Origin: Isurus oxyrinchus
Taxonomy: Eukaryota
DNA: 64,000 nt
Direction: 5' to 3'
Assembly (NCBI GenBank): GCA_026770705.1
Contig: JANJGN010000034.1
Span: 6,262,001 to 6,326,000, forward strand
Part shown: positions 53,540 through 64,000 of the stretch, piece by piece
Layout: each line of letters starts with the position of its first letter
Position numbering within the stretch: the first letter of the stretch is position 1
Position numbers and translations under genes: made by a program
The notes under the pieces: model-generated
What the model was told of the DNA's origin: nothing
Databases searched by the model: none
What the model saw: only the letters and a program-made list of their open reading frames with translations

Positions 53540-56385
53540 TGTAGGCTGTGTATCTGAATGTGCATAGCATTCATAACAAAGTAATTGAATTGATGGTCCA
53601 CATTGAAGTAAACTCATATGATTTGACAGCAAATACGGATATGTGGCTGCAGAACGACAAGAATTGTACTCTCTATATTGAGGGGTACATTACATCGAAG
53701 AACCATAGGAAGCTAGCTAAATGTGGAGAGTTAGGACTGTAAATCAAAGAGTTAATTTGTGCAATATTTCGATGTGACCTTGGTTGAGGAGGTGAGGATG
53801 TAAAATTAGTTTGGGTGGAGATGAGGAATAATATGGGAAACAAGTCACTAGTTAGAATGATCTATAGGAGCGCTACCAGTAGCCACAGTATCAGACAGGT
53901 TCTCAATGGGAAATATTCTGTGCTTGTGGTAAAGAGACGACAATAATCGTGCCTGATTATAATCTACTTATAAACGAGAAAAATCGGATTGCCAGCATTA
54001 GCTTGGATGAGAAGTCCTCAGAATGTTTCCGATTTCGTTTCTCAGGGGAGCATGGTCTGCAAACAAACAGAGAGTAAAAGACATTAGACTTGGTGACGTG
54101 TCATATGACAAAATTAACTAATGACCTCAGAGCAAAGATACTCCTAGGTAGCAATCACAACAATATGACTGAATTTTGCATTCAGTTTGAAAGGGAGTAG
54201 AGTAGGTCAAAGACTAGTATCTTAAACTTAGATATGTGCAACTATGTGGGCATGGAAGTTGAATTAGCTGAAGTATACTGGTATACTATTGGCTAGACGA
54301 TAAATCAAACGAGATGTCGTGGCAGACATAGAAGGTGCAGTTCAGAATATTCAGAATGAGTGCGTTCAAAAAATAAAGAAAAGTACTCAGGGGAGGACCC
54401 TGAAGACCATAAGGAGAGCATCGAACGTAAGGATAAACGCATCTTACTACGCAAAGATATGGCAGCCCAGATGATTTGTCAGAAGATTTGGCAGAAAATT
54501 ACAACAATGATAATCAGGAGAAATATTTGCAGTATTAGCGGAAGCTAATGCAAGTATTTAAAAAAAGGAAAAGCGTAATTTAAGTGAGTGCTGATCTTCT
54601 AGAGAGTAACAGTGGAGAGTAAATAATACATAATAAAGAAATGACTGACGCAATGTCCTTTATTTTGTTTCTCTCTTCACTACAAAGAATGCCAAAAATA
54701 TGCGAGTAATGGCTACAAATCAGGAGCTGAAAAACAGAGTGGAATGTAATGCAACTGAAATCACTTGGTAACCAGCACTGAGTAAAGGAATGGAGCTGAA
54801 GGTTGGCAAGTCTCTAGCTCCTGATGGGCAACATCCTACGGTCTTAAAAGTATTGGCTAATGAGTGGTAGCTAATAATATCTTTTCAAAATTCGCTTGAT
54901 TCTGCAACGGTTCCACCAGGCTGGAAAGTAGGAAATAAAAAACACTCTAATTCAAAAAAGGGAAGGTGGCATAAAACATGAAACTATTGGGCAATGAGCT
55001 TGACGTCGGTCGTGGAGAATTTGGTGGAAACGAACATTAAGGAGGAGACTGCTGGCCACTTACTAAAATCTCAAAGTATTGGGAATTATCAACGTCGTTT
55101 TGTTAAAGGAAAGAATTGTTTAACCAAATTATTAGCGATTTAAAAACAGTAACGTGCACTGTGGATAAAAGGGAACCTATAGACGTACTGTACTTGGATT
55201 TTCAGAATGCATTTGATAAGGTGCCACATCAAAGGTTATTGAGGAAAATGTCAGCTCGTGCAGTAGTGGTAACATGTTAGAGTGGATAGAAGGTTGGCTG
55301 GCTGGATGAAAACAGGGAGCATGTAAAAATGTTTTTTTTTTGCATTGGCAGGAGGTGACGAGTGGAGACCTGCAGGGGGCTGTGCTGAAGCCTTATTTTT
55401 TTTTTTCAATTTACATCAATGATTTAGAAGAGGGGAGCGAAGGAATGGTCAATAAATTTGCAGATAACCCAAAGACAGGCAGGGAATTATGTTGTGAAGA
55501 GGATATGAGGAGGTTGCAGGCCGAGATAGATCGTTTGAGTGAGTGGGCAAAGATCTGGCAAACGGAGTTTAATGTGGCAATAAGTGAAGCTTTTAAATTT
55601 GGAAGGAAGAGCAAACAGATGAGCTTTACGTATCTAGAGAACGGCTGCATAATTTTGAGGTGCAGAGGGATCTAGGTGTTCTAGCGCATACAACACAAAA
55701 AAGTAAGCATGCCGCTACAGCAAGTAATGAATAAGGCTAATGGAATGAAAGATTTTCTTACGATCTTGAACTAGGAATGTTATGCGACAGTTATACAGTG
55801 CATTGTAGATACCCCATGACAAATACCATGTGCAGTTTTGGTATCATTATTTAAAGTTGAGAGTAAATGCATTGGAGATGGCTCAGAGGAAGCTGTCTAG
55901 ATTGATGCCAGGAATGAGCGGGCTGCCATAGAAGGGAAGGTTGCACAGACTTGGCTTGGTTCCACTGTAATCTAGAAGAGCACGGACTGATTTTATATTG
56001 AAACATGCAGGACCCGAACAAACTTGAAACGGTGGGCGTGGAAAGAATGTTCCCCCTTGTGGACAAGTCCAGAAATAGGGGGAACTGATTTAAACTTAAG
56101 GCTCCCCTTTTTAGAACAAAGAAAAGGAAATTTTGTTTTCTCTGTCTAAGGGTTGTGAGACTTTGGAACTCTCTGCCTCAGAAGGCAGTGAAGACGGGGT
56201 AATGTAATATTTCTTTTCCAGGAAGAGGCAGTTAATTTCTTGTTTGGCAAGCAGATCAAAGATTATAGGGGATAGATGTGAATGTGAAATTCGAAACACA
56301 ATCAGATCAGCCATAATCTTATTGAATGGCAGAGAGACTCGAGGTGCCAAATGGCCCACTCCTCTTCCTCTTTCTTATGTTTCTC
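53540..56385 (+). mobile_element. Copy-2 paralog of the decayed CR1 LINE
   Basis: YLNVHSIHNKVIEL (53548-53742); WQEVTSGDLQGAVL...IYINDLEEGSEGMVNKFADNPK (55340-55675). Confidence 0.9.
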
Positions 56386-56419
56386 ATCTCTTTGACTTGC
56401 ACTTATTAGAACACTCCCA

Positions 56420-59400
56420 GAGCACCAACATTAGGGGAAAACAGCAAGTATACTTAATGCGAAGAGAGTGCTGATTGGTTGGGAATTTGCCTTTGGTTAG
56501 TAGAGGTGGCGCCACGCAGAATGCACCAGTGATAATTACTGAAGTTACCCTTCAAGCAGTGCTTGAAAGTTAGACCAGGCAGCTTGAAGCTGAATGGCCA
56601 AATCAGTGCTCAGAAGACTGAGCCTGCTTTAACTTACTTTGCTCAGCTGTAACAAGCCCAGCCTGTGCAGCTATTCTTCCTGCCTGTATGGAACAGGGCC
56701 CAGTGTAATGATATATGTAGTTTCCAGTACCCACAGTGTGAGCCAGAATAACAATCTCAAATCGGTTGTAAGCCTAATTTTTAGAACACTGAGGATTTGT
56801 TTCACAAGTGTCTAATTCTCGATACACATCTAATGTTGGATACTGCACTTGAGTATTGCCAGCATGAGCTACTTTTATATCATCTGTATCTTGGACTTGG
56901 CGAACAATGGCTATCACATGGTGTTTGGTACGATCCGCCAATCTTTGGGGTGTATGGCCTATATACCTATCATCACACTGGCACTGCAATTCGTGTACGA
57001 CATTAGTTTTTTTTTGGTGTGTGACAGACAAAACGTCTGTTTTATTTGGCCGCAGCATTCTGTTAATGGCGAATGCCACACGTGTTTCTAGTGCATAGTC
57101 ACAACACGAATCAGCTAGCTGCAACTGTTGCTCAACTATTTGAGATAACTTGCCATTCCAGGGTTATCTGAGGTCGCCTGTGCACCTTTCATAGTCGATA
57201 GTGACGGCTGGGGCACGTTCTTGAACTTGTGTGATATCAATGGGAAATGATCTCATCAGTTTAGCCATTATCCTGCAGGATGGCACTGATGGTCTCTATT
57301 TTAGTATCAACTAGGGAGCCGTTGGCTCATTTTTCATCTAAAACTTCAAAAAATTTCAATGTTGAATATGAGCGCCCGATGAAGCCCATTAAGAAATGCA
57401 AGATAATGATTACATGCAGACTTCAACATAGCAAACGTATCAACCACATATCGGAAATATGCCAGAGACAGGAAGTCCACCTAAGACAATTTTCCTGCGA
57501 AACACAGCAAAATATTTGCGAGAGCTGGACGTAGAGGGGATTCTATGGCTACTCCACCTAAATTTGCATACAAGCTGCCACTAAAACTGAAATCAACAGG
57601 GCAATTTGCCGTTTCGATATGCCCAATGAATTTTGATTCATGAAATGGTGGAAAGCCATTATGGAGCGGGAGCAGAAATATATGTGGCTTCCATGGATGG
57701 AATATTGGGCAATGGGCTAAAAATGGAAAAATGAGCACAGGGACAAAGCACTGAAATGCATATATAAGTCCTGTTTAGCCTTCTCAAATTTGAAGGAATC
57801 CTTCACCCTTCATGTGGAAAAATTGGTCAAAAACCAGTTGTCACAATTCACTCTACCATTTTGGCAATTCATGTTGCACAGAAAAAGTCATAAGTGACAT
57901 AAGGTGCTTCACTTTTGTTTGCCTTATGCAGCCTAAACATATGGGAATTCAGCGAACCTTGAGGATGAATCCTGTCATATATATGACCTGATGCCTTAAC
58001 TCTCTTAAGACAAATAGAGCAATCATTAGATAAAAGTAAAGAACTGTGGATTTTGGAAATCCAAAACAAAAACAGGAAGATAAATATCTGGAAGAACTCA
58101 TCAGGTCTGGCAGCATCGGTGGAGAAGAGCACAGTTGACTTTTGGAGTCTTTTTGAAGCTTCATGAGGAATCGAAACAGCAACCTTTAGTTTGGCTTGCT
58201 TTCGAGCAAGGCTGTCCGGTCAGGATGAGCAGTGTGTCCAATGGATAGAAATTTGGACCCAGCATTATGAATGGCGTGAATATTGTTAATATGGTCACGT
58301 TGATTATCCCTGTCATGTTTTCTGGTTTACTGATTTATATATCCGGGATGGTCTTAAGGTTGTAAGACATTCACGTTGAATGTGAAAGTCAGGCTGGTAA
58401 TTCGGAAATCCTGCAAAATACACGTCCTCGATCAGCTAGGCTCGCTTTCCAGGGTTCAACGTCTTCAGTGGACACAGTATTCTGGCGGCATATTCTCAGG
58501 ACATAATTTTTGCCGTTTGATTCTCAATAAAGGTCATGAAAATGGAAACCGTGTACTAGAACAACCTCCACGTTTTCTTTGAGTGCATGGCCAGAGAGGC
58601 TGGTTAGCTGTTTAGTGGCATGGTTAGTTGCGTTGCTAAGCCGCAATTCTTAAGTGAGGTTATTGTGCAGACAGTTTCTAACGGGTACTTTTTACAGTGA
58701 GGTAATCAGGTGAAGCCATATAGTGGCACTAATGGATCACATCCTCCCTTTTGTTCACAATGCAACTTGATGTTATAATACAGCGCTGTATATCATGCAA
58801 ACTAATGAACTGGCCTAAGAGCGTCACTTTCGGCCATGAATTGTGCCATCCTCAACTCAGATTACCCTGGAAGGGCAAGTTATCTGAAATAGTTTTAGCA
58901 ATAGGTGTGGATACCTGTTTCACGCCTCTACAATGAAGTAGCAACACGAATAGTATTCGTCACCAGCAGGACGCTGTCATCAATTCAAAAAGACATTCTG
59001 CCTATGAAATAAATGGGTAATGTGATACATGAGTTTTAGTGCCAGTGTGATTCTAGGTATGTAGGCCCTGTGCCCCAAAGACTGGCAGACCATAAAAAGC
59101 AGCATGTCACAGCCACTTTTCACAATGGGAATTGTACAGACATTGCACAACCAGCCCAACCTGCCAAAACACAAAGCACAGTGTCCAACATTAGATGTCA
59201 TTCCACGATCGGGCAGCATTTGTTAAATAATCCTCACTGTACAAAGAATTACACTGACCAGCAATTTCAGTATATCAGCTGGGCGCTGTTGTGTGTACTG
59301 GGAAATACATATATTAATACACACAGGCCTTATTCTTTGCAGACAGAAGGAACATATACAGACATTGCAGCACGTTCAGCCAAACGAAATAAGTTACAGC

Positions 59401-59660
59401 CATTCGCTGACTCATTCTTGAGGGCAATGCCTTGAACAATCAGTGCTAAGCTGCCTGGTGTGAACTTCAAGCTGTGTTTGGCAGTTAACTGTCGGTCTCC
59501 ATCACTGGAGCCTTTTCCATGGCAATGTCTCTACCAATCAGATTTCACTTGCCAAGCAATTACACTTTATCCACAAACAGATAAACTATTGTTTCCTCTT
59601 ATACGGTTATCTTGGAGAACTGTCCAGATGAGTGAAAAAGTAAAACCTTAACATTTCACT
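56420..59660. mobile_element. Copy-2 paralog of the Penelope-like element (minus-strand body, plus-strand inverted 3' arm)
   Basis: GIY-YIG in ORF 56774-57124(-) and ORF 59070-59435(+); RT motif in ORF 57481-57738(-). Confidence 0.85.
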
Positions 59661-61205
59661 TTTTTCATCAATAATCCAGTTCTCTACTAACATGCAACCA
59701 TTTACGGACGTCGTTGCTATTACTATCACCGGGGCAGAATTATGCCTTACGAGATGCAACTGTTGGGCTCTCTTTGCATCAGATACACCAACATTTCCAA
59801 CACTATTCATTCAGCATCTTTAATTAAATTAAGTTTCCCAAGGGACATATACGAGCTTGAAGATTTAAAAAAGAGCAGATATACCAAGATGCAAACAGAC
59901 AGATATTAAGAGAGGCGGCCACAGACAAGATCAAACAGATACGTTTCTAAAAGCATCTACAAGGAAGAAAGAGCGATGGAAAGGCAATGTGTCTTTAGAA
60001 GCGACATCAAACACTTTGGGCCTTAGCATTGAAAGCTGCTGTTTGGTGGAGTGATTAGAGTTGCTGAGGACACCAACGTTAGAGTCGCACCAATATCTTC
60101 GAGAAGTTGGAATGCATGACAGGTATGTGGTATAATGGCGAGTTTTCAAAACAATGTTAAGAAATTATAAATTGAGGTGTTGCTTGAGCTCGTGTAATGT
60201 AGGTATTAGAGCAAATGAATAATAGGTTAAGCGCAATTAAGAGACAATAAGCATATGTGCAACAGAGATTTGGTTGAGCAGAGGGTCATTCTGTTGAAAT
60301 CAGATGTGAGATGAATTTCTGCTCCAACCAGGTAACCTGGAGTTGATCCCCCATGCAGGCAAAACCGGAGAGCAATGAAATAGATTCTACCATATTCAGT
60401 GCACCTGCTCTATCACTTCAATATGGCATGCAATTTTAGTTTAGGTATAGTTAACCAAGTAGCATTATGCGACATACGTATTATGTTGTTAATTTTGACA
60501 TGAGGTTCTCTGCAGGGCAGGCAACAATCAGGTCGGATTGCAACAACCTCTTACTTTAAGATAGCCCCTATAACGTTTCAAAATCTCCCTTGGCACTTCT
60601 CTGGATAATTATCTGTCGACATATTATGTAAACTATATGAGGAGATCGAGGGACTAAACGGCCGAGTGAAAGACCGTCTTTATATGGGTGACAACACTAA
60701 GAGGTGCAAGGTCGACGCAAGTTGTTGATTTAAACAGTCTTGGGTTGTCCTGTGCCATTTGAAGCACAAGTGGGTTCTCATTAGTCTGGACGAAAAAGCG
60801 CAATAACATTCAAACCAATTGAACTCATCAAAACTTAACATCAAGCTGGAGGTACGATATTGTTCGTCTTTCAGTATGAGCCAAGAATAGTTTTTACAGA
60901 TTGATATATTACAGCAGAAATGCCTTAGTTAATTCTGTTTTTTTTTTATCAAGCTTTAAACGGTGTCTCAATGGAACAATCTGCTGAGCACAGCGTTTTT
61001 CACTAAGGAAATGTTTCTCATTCTCATGGACTGGATATCAAGTTCTAAAAGTAGCACTCCATGCATCTGGGTGTGTTCAATCGTATTCGTTCAGACCCAT
61101 CTAGTACTATGAACCATTATGGCTTTACTCCCATTTGAACAATTATTAACTGTTCCAGGTTCACTTCAGATAATAACTGAACGTTTCACTTTTCCTCAAT
61201 TCCAG

Positions 61206-61241
61206 CTATAGAGAAGCTGAAAGAGAACATTAATGATCTAG
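61206..61241 (+). CDS. Micro-exon E19 (36 nt): AIEKLKENINDL
   Basis: ttttcctcaattccAG|ctatagagaagctgaaagagaacattaatgatctag|GTgggt; paralog of E5. Confidence 0.88.
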
Positions 61242-61789
61242 GTGGGTGAAAGTTATTGAGCAATGATCCATTATAAACCTGAAAATCTGTTTCCTTGATT
61301 ACTTTAAAAGCCATAATTTACATGGCCTCCTCGCGCAAAGCAACACATGAGCTGAAAGCATTGTTTCACTTCCTGTTGCTTAAGAATAAAGCAACAGTAT
61401 TGCTCTGACAGAGAAATACCAAATGGATGCAGAGTTAACATGGTTCATTTATGTCATTCTAACTAATATCTGTATATTTTCATCAGTCAATTAACGAAGC
61501 CTTTTTCTGCTTGTTTTGGCGCTAATTGTGTTATTTTCGACGCTGAGAAAAAAAGCTGGTGTGCTTAACCCTCTCCAGAGACATGAGCATGCATCCTAGG
61601 CAAACTGGCTCGCCCCCATTATTTCAGCAGCACTGCATGGTAGATTTAACATTTCCCAGTCTGTCCTCTGAGATGGACACAAAATGATTCACTGAACTCT
61701 TTCTAAGTGAAGCAATGGCGTTCGGCCTCTTAAAATGAACAATAACTTTCCCCCTCAAATAATATCACTAGAAACAGAAATATGGTCAT

Positions 61790-63370
61790 TCACCTCCTTT
61801 CTGTTTACAGGAATATAATCATGATCACCGTGTCCTCGAGATCTCCCGACTTGCCACCCTGTTCCCAAGTGAGGGCTATGACATTGTGCAGCGTTGGCAC
61901 CACCATATTTCACAAATTCAGCAGTGTTCACACCTGCATCAGGAAATTAGTTATTTTTCAACCGTTAAATCGCTTTTTCAATCTCACTACGAGATACAGA
62001 CCGATGGGTTGCTGAGGAATGGAGTTGAGGGCCCTCAAGTCAAAGGCTGACTATCTGTTCAGGAGTCCTTTCAAATGTTTTCTTCAGTGACCACTGATTT
62101 TCTCTCTATCCTTTATGAACTTACCTCTAAGCATGACTCTTAGCAGGGTGCACCCCTGAGTGCCCATGTCATAGATACGCTTGACAACGATGGAGAAAAC
62201 AAGGAATTTGTTGGTGTCCGTGGGCTGTTGGATCTCCCATACCATTTATAATCACAATTGTTCACCATGTCGCTGCCTTTATGCTGTAACACTGCCATCA
62301 AACATATGTAATCCTCCTGCATTTCTCTTATGTTGTTCTCAAGTTTCCTCTCAATGAAACGTTGGAGCATATGCTCGATTAGATCGTGTATCTCATTGCC
62401 ACGTTTGCCAAACCAGTCATGATGTTTCCTGGTCGATAGGGTATCTTCAAGATATTTTATAAGGTCAACAGTAGTTTGAGCAAACAGAACGGGCATCCTT
62501 GTATCTCCCTTTGGCTGCATGTTGACAGATTGAAAGTAATGCGCTGACTGAAAAGACCAACCTTGTTGGGACCTTTGAAGCCTTTGATGTTTATTTTCAT
62601 ACAGTATTGCTTTTGTTGCTCCACTGTTTGGGGGGGGTGGGGTGGGGTGGTTGTTTGGGGTTGCATGCAGACTGGGGTAGCAGACTGGATATTGCAGCGA
62701 TCGGTTGAGTAGTTGTCAGTATCTGACATTGCAGATTTGATATGGACATCTCTGTGAAAGTTGATGTGTAATATTTGGACTATGGGTCCTGCCATGCGGT
62801 CATTCTGCTCGTCTCACTGGTAGCAGAGCGTTGACTATGGCAAGATCGTGTCCCAGGCAATTTTCCAGGAGCTCTCCATTGGGGGTTGCTTTCCTACTCG
62901 CTTGTTGCCTGTCAAAACCTTCCAGACATTTGTGAACTTCCAGATACTGGCATTGAAATATCCGGGGATGATCAGATTGTTGCCTGCTGAGATGCCGGCT
63001 AATGGCTGCTCAAGGTTGTTGAACAATTCGTGTTTTCTTCCTAATTTTTTGCCTCAAGTTTGGGATCATACGCGCCGATGACACAGGCACGCTAATTCTG
63101 TTAGGGTGAGTCTAGAATTCATAAGGCGCACACATATCCCACACAGGTGAGTAAAAAATACGCCAGAGATGTCCATTTTTGTGCGTGAAGCCAACTCGGT
63201 GAAGGCATCTCCATTTGCATAAGGTCGTTCCAGCAAATAATATACTGGACGCCATAATCTTTCAGTCGGCCTTCTCTTGCCTTTTGAGTTTCACTTTTCG
63301 AGTTTGCTGTCGTTTTCAAGGCTTCAGAAGAACATAATTATCGGTAAATCACAATGGATATATTGTAGGC
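61790..63370 (-). mobile_element. Copy-2 paralog of the RTE-clade LINE fragment
   Basis: ORFs 62140-62520(-) and 62835-63026(-) carry RTE-like motifs; colinear with 21230-22800. Confidence 0.78.
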
Positions 63371-63656
63371 GAATATGATATTACCAAATTGAGGCTTGTC
63401 TATCTTGGCCTTTTTTTCATTTCTTTTTTTTTCCCATTCTTACATTCTTCAGTTATTTACTTTCCTTCCTGGATTCCATCTTTCTGTTTACTGTTCTCTC
63501 TTGTTTTCTTTTGTTAATTGCTGGATATTTACCAGCCACCCTTTAAACTTTGACAAGAATTATATGCCAGCCACAAACGTTGCAAATGTCTACACGGTGA
63601 CTGTCATTAATCTCACTGTCCATGTACTCATCCCATTTTGCATATGTTTCAATCAG

Positions 63657-63683
63657 ATCGAAAATTGAGCTATAAGGATACTG
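63657..63683 (+). CDS. Micro-exon E20 (27 nt): DRKLSYKDT
   Basis: atgtttcaatcAG|atcgaaaattgagctataaggatactg|GTaagt; paralog of E6. Confidence 0.85.
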
Positions 63684-64000
63684 GTAAGTACCTGCATAAA
63701 GTCCATTATCTTAAATAAAACTTGAATATGAAATTTAAATATTTATAATTTTATCCAAAGTGCTTGCATTTGGTCCAGAACTTTTATGTTTTTTCTTTAT
63801 GATTCACTTACCTTGAAAAGCACTCTTCTGTTGATACGAAAAGACATTTCCCCTGTTAGAGTCAGTAGTAGCAAATCCGAAAGATGATGAGAGCTTATTT
63901 ATGCAGGTGCTCTGGGTTTGAAATTGCAATTACACCTTGCTCATTTCAGTCAAGTACAGAGGAGTTGAAATTTCATAATAGCAAAGGTGTAAAGCCTGCA

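Larger units (their letters stand above)
34321..64000 (+). repeat. Large tandem (intragenic) duplication, copy 2; runs off the end of window
   Basis: Colinear with 1-23450; carries two extra blocks (~38132-43472 and ~48437-49396) absent from copy 1. Confidence 0.97.

Noticed and set aside
1-64000. The duplication as an assembly artefact (uncollapsed haplotypes)
   Set aside because: The copies differ by roughly 15% or more with many indels, far above plausible allelic divergence, and the exon chain reads through continuously
1-64000. Prokaryotic systems (CRISPR arrays, operons, defence islands), rRNA or tRNA genes
   Set aside because: No regular repeat-spacer array, no long ORFs and no recognisable structural RNA gene; the sequence is vertebrate intronic DNA

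Overview
AT-rich, repeat-littered vertebrate genomic DNA; the repeat types suggest a cartilaginous fish (inference). None of the six-frame ORFs is a host gene: they are decayed retroelement fragments or noise. Reading splice signals directly reveals 20 plus-strand micro-exons between 5637 and 63683 that strictly alternate 36 nt and 27 nt. All are phase 1-1, end in G, and sit between AG and GT (one GC donor). They splice into a stop-free 630-nt, 210-aa frame: (E)MEKMKGNISEC DEKLKVKQK EMDKLKSDLEDC VLKFANTQK AMEKLKQNINDL DQKLIHKET ECQDLRDSLEAK DQALARKDK ELEKQRKSNLDC GKALKDKEA ELQKTREICQQH EQELTIKNE ETEKLKVVILDC EQKLTEKNA EMKKMKENISDC EEKLKVNQK ELDKLKSDLEDC VLKLANTQK AIEKLKENINDL DRKLSYKDT. Each 36+27 pair encodes 21 aa (three heptads) of a continuous coiled coil. 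The array was extended by an old ~40-kb intragenic tandem duplication (1-~23450 matches ~34321-64000), and copy 1 later lost exactly two modules in a 5.3-kb deletion. The gene's start and end lie outside the window, so its identity cannot be assigned here. Introns hold decayed CR1, RTE, L2-like and Penelope-like elements; repeat boundaries are approximate.
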